Positions 10,644 through 20,000 of a stretch of 20,000 nucleotides of DNA are shown here, piece after piece; positions within the stretch are counted from its first letter, which is position 1; each line of letters begins with the position of its first letter. The notes below the pieces were generated by a model. It was not told the origin of the DNA, did no database searches, and saw only the letters and a list, made by a program, of their open reading frames with translations. Source of the stretch: Welwitschia mirabilis (lineage: Eukaryota). The translations under genes were made by a program, and so were the position numbers. The DNA is taken from contig JBOZIK010000001.1 of the NCBI GenBank assembly GCA_051453625.1, positions 20,771,223 through 20,791,222 on the forward strand, given 5' to 3'.

Positions 10644-10697
10644 GATTGCTTCTGATCTATCATTATTGTTTGACTATCCTAACCATTAAAGAAAAAG

Positions 10698-10707
10698 CTA
10701 TAAATAG
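10698..10707 (+). promoter_or_regulatory. TATA box of the putative LTR promoter
   Basis: CTATAAATAG matches the plant TATA consensus and lies inside the putative LTR. Confidence 0.5.
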
Positions 10708-12049
10708 CCTTCTTAGATTTCTTATTTTTCATCTTAATTGCATTGATTATTCTTGTGACGATTTGGAGATCGATTGAGAAAAAGATCCATCCTAGGTAGA
10801 TAAAGGCATCTCTTGGTATTAGGCTATGTCTCCTTCATTGAGGAGATTTTATTTTGTAAGAGGATGTGAACATTTTGATTAATAAGAATTGATTGAAATT
10901 TTCTTTCAAATTGCTTGTGTTAATTGCAATTCAGTGATAGTTATTTGTGATTGATATAGATTATAAGGGTCAAGTAAGGAATAGTAGATTGGTTAAATGG
11001 TTGAATCTTGCATTTAGATTGCATTTCATTCCATCTGCATATCTCTTGCATTGCATTTTTATATTTGCATTAATCTTGCATTGTTATTCACTTTTATTTT
11101 CTTAAGTAGAAAATAACAAAAAGATCTTATCAAAGAAATCTTCTAACTTCTTGCCTAGAATTTCTCTCTAGAGTATGACATTTGGATTAACTCCTATATG
11201 CTAGTGTGTTTTATAGGAGTTTTATTGAAATTTGTAGGTATTAAAGTTAAAGGATTCATTAGAAGAAAATACTAGATTGATCATACATTTACATATCCTA
11301 ATAGATCAGAAACTTTGCCAAGGAGAAGTTCAAGAAAGTCTAGAAGGTTAATTCATACTATTTAACTAAGAAAATTGATTTCAAGATGTTTACTCATGTA
11401 GTGCGTACATAAAGTTTTTCTTTTTTAAGGTTAATCTACACTTTTAATTTCTTATTTTAGCTTGATTTTTAAATTTCTTTTAGTTTTAGTTTTTATTGAA
11501 AGTTAGAGATTACTAGTATTTTCAACAATTTGGTTTACACTTTGCACTTCATGCAATATAACTAAGCGTCACATTCATTATTAGTATAGACTCCTTCTTA
11601 CACTTTATGTCATCTATAAGGGGGTTTCTCACTTGAGTGTAAAGAAATTTATTTAACATTTTGTGAAAATGAAAGGGAATGATAATGTAGAAAAAGCACT
11701 AGCAGGAGAAGCAATTTGTTAGGAAAATGATTAAAGAAGGGTTAGTGGATTTTAATTCAAGAACTTGAAGTGAGAAAGTTTCATTTCAATCTAAAATAGA
11801 AGAAAATGATTATTTTTCTTTTCATATTTCTAAAAGTAATTTATTTCATAAACTATCTTCCTCTTCAAATCCCTCTAAAAAACTACCTTTTAAAACTTTT
11901 TCCCTTCTAAACCCCCAAACATATCAGTCTCTACTTCTACTTCTAGTTCTATTATATTAAATCTCAAGGACATGATAGCTCAAAGAAAAAGAGATATTAA
12001 AAAATCCTTTGACCTACCTAATGAAGATGATGTGGTACTTAAAAACTTG

Positions 12050-12575
12050 CAAGCCTATCCTACCTTCTTAGAAGATAATGAAAAAGACCCTTTTCAACAC
12101 CTAACTAAAATAAAATAACTTCTTCTGATCTCAGGAAATGGTAAAAAAAGGTAACTGATACAAATTAAATGATTATTTTCCCTTTTACCCTTAGAGCTAA
12201 GGCTAAAAATTAGTTAAAAACTATCCCACATAAAAGCCTTAAGACTTGGAGCCAAGTTCAATTTGCCTTCATAAAAAGGATTATAAGTAAAACAACCATG
12301 AGGAAAAGAAAAAGAAAAGTTACCAACTTTACATAACAACCTTATAATAATTATGTTACAACATATGAAAAATTTTTAGTTGCTATCTCATCACATCCCA
12401 TAGCTGGATTATTAAGAGAAGAATTTGTTAAGCACTTCTATAGTGGGTTAAATAGCCAAACCAAGCAACTAATAGATTCTACATGAGGTAGGATTTTACT
12501 CAACTTATCTTTATATAATACTTGAAAACTCTTGAAAGAATTGGTAAAAATTGGTCAAACATGGCCTAAACTAAC
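12050..12575 (+). pseudogene. gag: Athila-like Gag core, decayed
   Basis: ..FPFTLRAKAKN*LKTIPHKSLKTWSQVQFAFIKR..KVTNFT*QPYNNYVTTYEKF..HPIAGLLREEFVKHFYSGLNSQTKQLIDST*GRI parallels LFPFSLxDKAKxWL..SITTW..AFL..IxxFxQ..E..WERF..CPHHG..FYxGL....DAAAGG. Confidence 0.85.
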
Positions 12576-13617
12576 CTAAAGGAAGGGATAACTATAGAGA
12601 AAACATTAAAATACATAAATAAAGTACAACATGAAGAGCAACCTAACCCTAGTAATCCAATTCAAGATCTTACCAATACTTTAGAAAACTATACCAAGGC
12701 CTTAGCTAATGTAAAAATGTTAAATTCATAACTTAAAAGTCCAACATCTTACTATTATTATGAAATATGTGAAAACAACTCCCATTACACCAAAAATTAT
12801 GATTTCTTATCAACATGTAAAGAAATGATCTATGAAGAAGCTTGTATGATCAATTAATAACCTAATAATCAAAATTTCACCATGAAATAATGGACCACAA
12901 CTAACCTTCAAATCCAAATAGATATAGGAGTAATAATTTTTAGCCCAATAATTTTTAGTCCAATAATTTTCTACTTCATAAATTTTATCCTAATAACTTA
13001 TAGACTAATTCCCCTAGCTACATTAAAAATAATTCCCTTAAAAATCAATTTAGGAATTGAAGAAATTACAAGTAACCACCAACAAAAATATAGAGGCCAA
13101 TAACAAGAATATGAAGAACCTTATAAGTATATTTCAAAAAAACATCTTAGAAAATCAAAGACCTTAATACTCTTTTGTAACCCAAACCACTCCTAATCCA
13201 AATGATGTTAAAAAGGATTAGAAAATAGTGATAAGGAGTGAACATAATATAACTACCAATGAGGTATCCCATAATTTTCATAATCAAGAAAATCAAACCC
13301 ATGATGATGATAGAGAAATTCTTAATCATCCTAGCTTCAGCTCCTAAAGAAAAATATAACCATAATAAAACCAATGAGATCACAATAAAATACACTCAAA
13401 ACCCCTTGGCTAAAAAGATTAAAGACTAATATTATCTATAGTAATTATTTTAAGGTGATTATGCAAAATGTAAGCATCAATCTTCCTTCTTGGAAAATAT
13501 TACAAAATAATCCTAAATATAACGAAGCTAGAAAGACTTAGTCAAGAGAAAATAAAAAAGCACTATAGTAAGTAGGAGATTCATAGCCTAATTTATTTCT
13601 AACTTAGTGACACAAAA

Positions 13618-13970
13618 ATGTCAAAATTCAAAGATCCATGGTCTACTACAAATTTATTAGTTTAGAAGAAAGAACAAAAATTAAAAAAGCATAACTAGAC
13701 GTAGAAGCTATTATCAACATTATATTATTTCACATTTTGAAAATGTTTGGATTGGAAAATAGAATTGAATCAATAAAAATTATGTTGGAATTAGCTTATA
13801 CAACTCTTACAAAATTAATTGGAGTTATTAAGGCTTTGGTCTTACAAATTGAAGAGGCTTTTTTATCCTATAGATGTGGTCATTATGGAGGTAGAATACA
13901 ATGGAGGATATCCTTCACTCTTCAGAATAGCCTTTTGTACAACACCCCATTACATTATTGACATACAAAT
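13618..13970 (+). pseudogene. Retroviral-type aspartic protease, decayed
   Basis: KFKDPWSTT (cf. KxKDPGSxT), KKA*LDVEAIINII (cf. ALLDLGASINLM), IMLELAYTTLTKLIGVIKALVLQIEE (cf. xxLQLADRSxxxPxGxIEDVLVxV), and a degenerate xRPF. Confidence 0.8.
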
Positions 13971-14529
13971 AGGAATGATGAAATGTCATGTATAGGATAA
14001 GAAATTCATTCTTAGAGTCTTTGATGTTACTAAGAAAGATATAAGAGAATATTTTGAACTTGAGTAATGAATTAGACCCTTCATGTTTATTCAACATTAT
14101 CATTTAGAAGAAAGGCTTCTTACTTTATATAACCTAACTTTATTTAATTATATTAAATAATGTAAATAAATATTAAGAAGTAGTAATTCCTCTAATCCTT
14201 GTAATCTTAATAATTACCTATTGGGAACAACTTAAATGAGAAAATAAATGAAAGCTTTATATCCCTCATTAATCATAATGTTCAACATGTTAAAACCATA
14301 GAAAACCTCCTACATCAAGATGGGATTCCGATAACAATAAGGGATAATTCTGATTTGAAACTTAAAAAATTTCCAAATGGATTGAATTACATCTTTTTGA
14401 ATAATGATCTTCAGAAACTGTTGATCATTAATGCAGGTCTTAATTCTTCTTAATAAGAATCAGTACTTTAACTTCTTTACTCTAAAACATGTGCTTTTGC
14501 TTGGACTCATAAAGATCTTTCAGCCATTT

Positions 14530-15255
14530 ATTCTTTCATTATTTATCATAAAATTTATTTGGAAGATAATGCCATATTTATTATATAACCTCAAAAGAGG
14601 CTTAATCCTACCCTTAAGCAAGTATTAAAAAAAGAAATTATTAAACATATAGATGTAGGAATCATTTAAGCCATTTCTAATAGTAAATGAATTAATCCTA
14701 TTATTATAGTACTTAAAAAAAGTAGGAAGTGAGAAGTTTGCATTGATTTAAGAAGCTTAATGATATTGCCAAGAAATATTATTATTCCTTACCATTTTTA
14801 GATTAAATTCTTAATAAGATCCAAGGTCATGCATATTATTGCTTTCTTAATGGATATAGTATATATATTTGGGTATGCATAGCTAATAAATATCAATCCA
14901 AAACAACTTTAACCTCCCCTTTTGGTACCTTTTCCTTTATAAGAATTCCCTTTAGTTTATGTAATGCACCAGGAATCTTTCAAAGATGCATGATGAATAT
15001 CTTTTTAAACATGATTGAAAAGTCAATAGAAATCTTCATGGATTTTTAATTTTAGGAATTGTTTTGTGTAAACCTTAAAGAGATAGGAAAAAGTCCTTAA
15101 CCAATGCATAGAAAGTAGTATTCATCTTACTTGAAAAAAGAGTTACTTTTTAAGGAGGGATGGAGTAGCCTAAGGTCACCACATTTCTAGTAATGGTATT
15201 CAAATGAACCCTACCAAAGTAGGTATTATTAAAAACCTTACTTCTCCAATCTTAT
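14530..15255 (+). pseudogene. Reverse transcriptase, decayed
   Basis: HKIYLEDNA..*PQKRLNPTLKQVLKKEIIKHIDVGII*AISNSK*INPIIIVLKKSRK*EVCID..YYSLPFLD*ILNKIQGHAYYCFLNGYSIYIWVCIANKYQSKTTLTSPFGTFSFIRIPFSLCNAPGIFQRCMMNIFLNMIEKSIEIFMDF. The FMDD motif has lost one Asp at 15035-15046. It continues ..LT*KKSYF..*GHHISSNGIQMNPTKV. Confidence 0.95.
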
Positions 15256-15319
15256 TGAAGAGTCATTAAGGACTATGCTAAAGTTTGTAAACTTTTCATT
15301 ATCTCTTTAAAAAAATATC

Positions 15320-15492
15320 CTGAATTTGATTGAAACAAGTCTTGTAAACATTCCTTTAAAAATATTAAAGATAAGATTACTTCAGCACCTATTGTAGAAG
15401 GACCTAATTGGAATAAATTTTTTAAACTTATGTGTGATGCAAGTAATATTATTGTAGAGGGTGTGTTAGGATAAAAATACGAAAAGGGTTAT
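15320..15492 (+). pseudogene. RT connection and RNase H N-terminal part
   Basis: FD*NKSCKHSFKNIKDKITSAPIVEGPNWNKFFKLMCDASNIIVEGVLG*KYEKGY (cf. LTSAPI..PDW..PFELMCDASDYAVGAVLGQ). Confidence 0.92.
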
Positions 15493-16323
15493 NNNNNNNN
15501 NNNNNNNNNNNNNNNNNNNNNNNNNNNNNNNNNNNNNNNNNNNNNNNNNNNNNNNNNNNNNNNNNNNNNNNNNNNNNNNNNNNNNNNNNNNNNNNNNNNN
15601 NNNNNNNNNNNNNNNNNNNNNNNNNNNNNNNNNNNNNNNNNNNNNNNNNNNNNNNNNNNNNNNNNNNNNNNNNNNNNNNNNNNNNNNNNNNNNNNNNNNN
15701 NNNNNNNNNNNNNNNNNNNNNNNNNNNNNNNNNNNNNNNNNNNNNNNNNNNNNNNNNNNNNNNNNNNNNNNNNNNNNNNNNNNNNNNNNNNNNNNNNNNN
15801 NNNNNNNNNNNNNNNNNNNNNNNNNNNNNNNNNNNNNNNNNNNNNNNNNNNNNNNNNNNNNNNNNNNNNNNNNNNNNNNNNNNNNNNNNNNNNNNNNNNN
15901 NNNNNNNNNNNNNNNNNNNNNNNNNNNNNNNNNNNNNNNNNNNNNNNNNNNNNNNNNNNNNNNNNNNNNNNNNNNNNNNNNNNNNNNNNNNNNNNNNNNN
16001 NNNNNNNNNNNNNNNNNNNNNNNNNNNNNNNNNNNNNNNNNNNNNNNNNNNNNNNNNNNNNNNNNNNNNNNNNNNNNNNNNNNNNNNNNNNNNNNNNNNN
16101 NNNNNNNNNNNNNNNNNNNNNNNNNNNNNNNNNNNNNNNNNNNNNNNNNNNNNNNNNNNNNNNNNNNNNNNNNNNNNNNNNNNNNNNNNNNNNNNNNNNN
16201 NNNNNNNNNNNNNNNNNNNNNNNNNNNNNNNNNNNNNNNNNNNNNNNNNNNNNNNNNNNNNNNNNNNNNNNNNNNNNNNNNNNNNNNNNNNNNNNNNNNN
16301 NNNNNNNNNNNNNNNNNNNNNNN
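15493..16323. other. Assembly gap
   Basis: N run. Confidence 1.
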
Positions 16324-17257
16324 AAGGAAAGTCTTTACCAGATCAATACCAACCTAAGCTATTACGTGCGTCAAAAAAAATATGAAAACCATGTAAAGTT
16401 AATCTAGGAAATGAAATGCAATGCACCTAAACTAACAATATCAATCTTAACAAAGGTTGCATTTGTGATCTATACCATAGGTGAAGCTGTCACAAAATCA
16501 AAAGCAACATAAATCATAAGAAAGATGCACATAAAAAATGATATAAAAAAGAAAAATAGAGTTTGAGTAAGTCGAATCAACATCCTTGTTATAAAGCAAT
16601 AACACCTTTATGAAGGATACATAGCCTAACACAAAGGAAGATGTCTCTTTGCAACAACAAGGGATGGACCTTCTATCATTCAATCTCTTATCACAAGAAT
16701 TTTTTGTATCAAAGAAGATAAAATCAGAGTCAAGAGAGAAGAAGGTGTTTATTATAAAACAGACTCTAAAAACAGCAAACACTATTAGACATAGTGAAAA
16801 CTCTAATAATCATACAAGAAGGTGTAAGACATATGGTAAAAGTTTGGTAGAGTTTGGTAAAGCATTATTTTTAGGTATGGTCTTATTAGTCATCCGAATA
16901 TCACATGAGACAATACCACATCATACAAGTTTTACATTAGCTATTGTCAGATTAGTCTAATCAGAATCCTTATCAGCATAAGTACTTCTATCGTTTGTGT
17001 AGCCGTTTGATGATCAGGTGAACAATGGGCTTCATAAAGATGTTTCTTATGTTGGATTAGCCTCTTTGATTATAGGATTTCTACTTTAGATTGAAAGACT
17101 TATGATTTACTGTAAATGCTATCAAATGTAATAAAGATTGCATGTTTTTGTGATATTTTCCTTAGCTCTCTATTATCATCGAAACTCAGCATGAACATGT
17201 CTAATGTCCTGCAAAACTACTAAAAATACCCTATCAAATACATATAATTTGGTAGTG
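16324..17257. mobile_element. Nested insertion inside the RNase H; identity uncertain (LTR-like or CACTA end)
   Basis: Non-pol sequence lies between two directly consecutive RNase H segments (..GVLG*KYEKGY | VIYINKTL..). The left junction is hidden in the 15493-16323 gap. Confidence 0.75.
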
Positions 17258-17545
17258 TAATATATATCAATAAAACACTTTCAGCAATAGAACTTAATAA
17301 TACAACCACGAAAAAAGAAATGCTTGCAACCATCTTTTATCTTGATAAACTTTGACCTATCTTTTTGATTTTCATATGAGTGTCTATAATAACTATGTTA
17401 TCATTTGCTATCTAATGATCAAGAAAGATTCTAGTACAAGACTTACTAGATGAGTATTATTAATCTAAGAATTCAAATTAACCATCATTGATAAAAAAGG
17501 TAAACATAATTGTATTGCTAATCATTTATCTAGAATCCCTTATGA
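17257..17545 (+). pseudogene. RNase H C-terminal part
   Basis: VIYINKTLSAIELNNTTTKKEMLATIFYLDKL*P..YLMIKKDSSTRLTR*VLLI*EFKLTIIDKKGKHNCIANHLSRI (cf. VIYYASKTL..AQxNYTTTEKELLAVVFALDKFR..KKDAKPRLIRWxLLLQEFDLxIxDKKGxENxVADHLSR). Confidence 0.93.
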
Positions 17546-17649
17546 ATAAAACCCTACATTATTCTTCATACCTTCCTATCTAAGACAACTTTTAAAATGA
17601 GAAACTTTTTCCATTGTAGATTTTTATTCTCTCTCTTTTAAACATCCTA

Positions 17650-18870
17650 CTTCATGGCAATATTGTTAATTATCTTGTTACCTTAAAAACTCTAAAACAT
17701 TAGTTTCATAATCAAATAAAATTCTTTCTTCATATATTAGGTGACTGTGAGTGACATGAATTATATCTCTACTGAAAAATGTAAAGATCAAATCATGCAT
17801 AAATGTGTAGTAGAATGGGAATAATATGATATCCTTACCCTTTGTCATGGTGGTATATGTGAAAACCACTTTAGTAGCTAAAATACTTCTATGAAAATCC
17901 TTCATGTAGGATTCCATTAGCTTACCCTCTTTAAAGATTCATTTGACTTTTACAAAAAGATGTGATGCTTCTCAAAATTTTGGTGTCCTTTCCAAATCTC
18001 AAGACATGCTCTTTCAACCTCTCTTATAATGTGACCCTTTTGATTATTGGAATATAGACTTCATAGGCCCTCTCACATCCTCTTCTTATAATAAGAATTA
18101 TATCTTAGTGGTTGTGGATTATGTAACCAAATGGGTAGAAGTCGTTCTTGCAGTCATCAATGATGTCAAGACAGTCTGTTCTTTTCTTAGATCTAATATT
18201 TTCTATAGTTTTGATTTTTCTAAAATCTTAATCAGTGATCAAGATACTTATTTTATAAATAAGGTTCTAATGAAACTCCTTATTTCTATAGGAATTAAGC
18301 ATAGAATAATTAATTCTTATCATCCTCAAATCAATGGTCAAGCCGAGAATGCTAATAAGGAAATAAAGAAAATGATTTGAAAATTGAGTTCCCAAAACAA
18401 AAATTCCTAGTCTTTTAAACTTTATGATGTGCTTTGAACTTACCATATTACTTCACATAATGCACTTGATTTTTCTCCTTATAAGCTTGTGTATGATAAA
18501 GCTTTAATTCTTTTCATTAATGTATGTTATAATTCCTATAAAAATATCCACCAAATAAATGTTATAGATTTTTATGGTAATATTCAACATTAACTAGTCC
18601 AACTTTAACACTTTCATGAGAAATGAATTCATGCTATTCATATACAACTCATCTAAAAAGCTCAAGCCAAATTTTACTATGACAAAAAGCTTATTTCTAA
18701 ATCTTTTCATTTTCTTATTTAATACTAAAGTGCATTTCTTCATAATAAATTAACTTCTAATTACCTACATCTTTTTCACATAGAAAAAAGTGCATCTCAA
18801 TGGATCTGTTAAGATTTCCAACTTAAACTTCATGAAAGGTTCAAAGTAAATGGATGTTTTCATGGCAAAA
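17650..18870 (+). pseudogene. Integrase (HHCC and DDE core), decayed; includes ORF 18108-18380
   Basis: DQIMHKCVVEWE*YDILTLCHGGICENHFS..KILHVGFH*LTLFKDS..CDASQ (HHCC); FDYWNIDFIGPL..YILVVVDYVTKWVE..LISDQDTYF..YHPQINGQAENANKEIKKMI (D,D-35-E); FSPYKLVYDKA; terminal FKVNG at ~18840-18854. Confidence 0.95.
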
Positions 18871-19209
18871 TTGACATTATACACAAGTTTAAATGATTAA
18901 TTCATATAGGTAGAAACATTACAACACATTATTTTAGTACATATTAATGCTTTCTACCCTTGTCACTATTTTTTATGATATTATGGACTTTCCCTTAACA
19001 TTAGCAATTTTGTTGCTGGCTTTTGAAAAACTCCAACCTTATAATAATCTAGTAAATAATGCTAGTGCTACTATCTATGACTACTTGCATCATCGTCCTT
19101 GTAAGTCAAAATGCTTTAAATCTTACATTCTTACATCAATTAGGAAATCACATCATAATTAACTTATGGGCTAATTTAGAAATAAATCAGAATTAACTTT
19201 AAACTCTAG

Positions 19210-19784
19210 TGATAGATGGTATAAGCATAAATCAACACATTGCAATGACATGTAAGATAATAAAAATATTCAAGAAAAAGATACATGATATGGCATCCAT
19301 TGATAGCATCATCCTTTTTATGGCTATATGACAAACATATTTGTAACTCCCTATTTATGTAACTACCATTAAGTAATCCCCTTATGTAACTACCATCTAA
19401 CACAATCATGACATAACTCTTTAAGCCTTCTCTCATCTATTTAAAAATGCTTGAGCCCTTACTTATAAGAATCTTTTAATTGGCTTAACATGGAGAAGAC
19501 TTAAAGGCTAGGATTTCATGGTGTTCTAATACTCTTTCGTAGGGACAGAATGATTTAAGGCTAGTTGAAGAGTTCTTTTTCTTCACTTCCTCCATTTGAT
19601 ATAGTGTATAACTTATTTAAGATTTTAATATAGAATTAGTTTAAACACTTTTATCATTATTATGCAATTTATTTAGCATTAACAACATTTAGGTAGGACT
19701 AATTCTAAGTGTGTTTAATTCTTTCATTGTTATTGCACACTAATTTTAAGTGTGTTTCATTCTTTTGTAATTATTGCACAATCA
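19210..19784 (+). repeat. Putative LTR (~575 bp) of a different retrotransposon
   Basis: TGAT...ATCA ends (start tentative), TATA-like CTATTTAAA at 19437-19445, followed after 2 nt by a PBS-like TGGTATTAG. No visible similarity to 9959-11308. Confidence 0.5.
19699..19780 (+). repeat. Imperfect 41-bp tandem duplication
   Basis: ctaattctaagtgtgtttaattctttcattgttattgcaca / ctaattttaagtgtgtttcattcttttgtaattattgcaca. Confidence 0.92.
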
Positions 19785-19786
19785 TT

Positions 19787-19797
19787 TGGTATTAGCA
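19787..19797 (+). promoter_or_regulatory. Degenerate tRNA-iMet PBS
   Basis: ..ATCA tt TGGTATTAG versus ..CA nn TGGTATCAG(AGC). Confidence 0.5.
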
Positions 19798-20000
19798 ATT
19801 TTTAGGTGAAACTCACTTGATCTTCAAGTTTCAAGATATAAAAAGCATTGGAGTGAAGGAGGAAAGTTGTATGAATCACTAAATCCTTGGAGCATTTTCG
19901 TTCTCCTACGTCATCTACTAAAGATCACTTCTTTCTCAACTTCAAATTCTTCTTTTGTTTGAGTTTTCATTACAACTTGTAATTAATCTTGTATATTTTG

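Larger units (their letters stand above)
9959..11308 (+). repeat. Putative 5' LTR (~1.35 kb) of the Athila-like element; boundaries tentative
   Basis: Begins TGTTAAAATGCC..GTGCTAAA and ends ...GATCA. Contains CTATAAATAG at 10698-10707 followed by a T-rich, TTGCAT-rich U5-like region, then a PBS-like remnant (..TTGCCAAGGA at 11315-11324). No second copy is available to confirm the ends. Confidence 0.45.
9959..18870 (+). mobile_element. Decayed Athila-like (non-chromovirus) Ty3/gypsy retrotransposon; 3' LTR not seen in the window
   Basis: Domain order gag-PR-RT-RNaseH-INT with Athila-type motifs. There is no extra Tat-type aRH domain between RH and INT, and no chromodomain is evident. A long putative LTR lies upstream. 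Confidence 0.88.

Noticed and set aside
13147..14628. ORFs 13147-13395(-), 13915-14103(-), 14431-14628(+) as membrane proteins
   Set aside because: Antisense or off-frame shadows of the decayed gag-pol; hydrophobicity reflects AT richness. Only 13737-13961 is partly in the protease frame.
16498..16960. Overlapping ORFs of 94 aa (-) and 103 aa (+) in the nested insert
   Set aside because: No recognisable domain, non-ATG starts; probably chance ORFs.
17678..17917. 79-aa minus-strand ORF
   Set aside because: Antisense to the integrase HHCC region.
18947..19436. ORFs 18947-19162(+) and 19206-19436(-) as an Athila env-like gene
   Set aside because: Short, with no recognisable env-like motif. 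The position of the first is compatible, but there is no sequence support; the second lies in the putative LTR.

Overview
AT-rich, CpG-depleted eukaryotic (plant-type) DNA with five assembly gaps. I see no intact protein-coding or RNA gene. The window is a nest of decayed LTR retrotransposons. (i) A degenerate tandem array at ~370-1410 is built from 19-, 26- and 28-bp units sharing one core. (ii) An LTR-like segment ending at 5987 abuts a Ty1/copia (SIRE-like) RNase H relic at 5988-6312. (iii) The 5' part of a CRM-like Ty3/gypsy element lies on the minus strand (short LTR, tRNA-iMet PBS, gag with zinc knuckle; 6803-8258). (iv) A near full-length, heavily mutated Athila-like Ty3/gypsy element lies on the plus strand (putative 5' LTR ~9959-11308; gag-PR-RT-RH-INT ~12050-18870), and its RNase H is split by a nested insertion. 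(v) A further, unrelated LTR plus PBS lies at ~19210-19797. All family assignments come from manual translation and recalled motifs, not from searches. I found no convincing new biological system. The most interesting points are the array, whose cores all trace to a CGACGTCG palindrome, an Athila-like RT lacking the usual Athila loop insertion, and the unidentified insert with a CACTA-like end.
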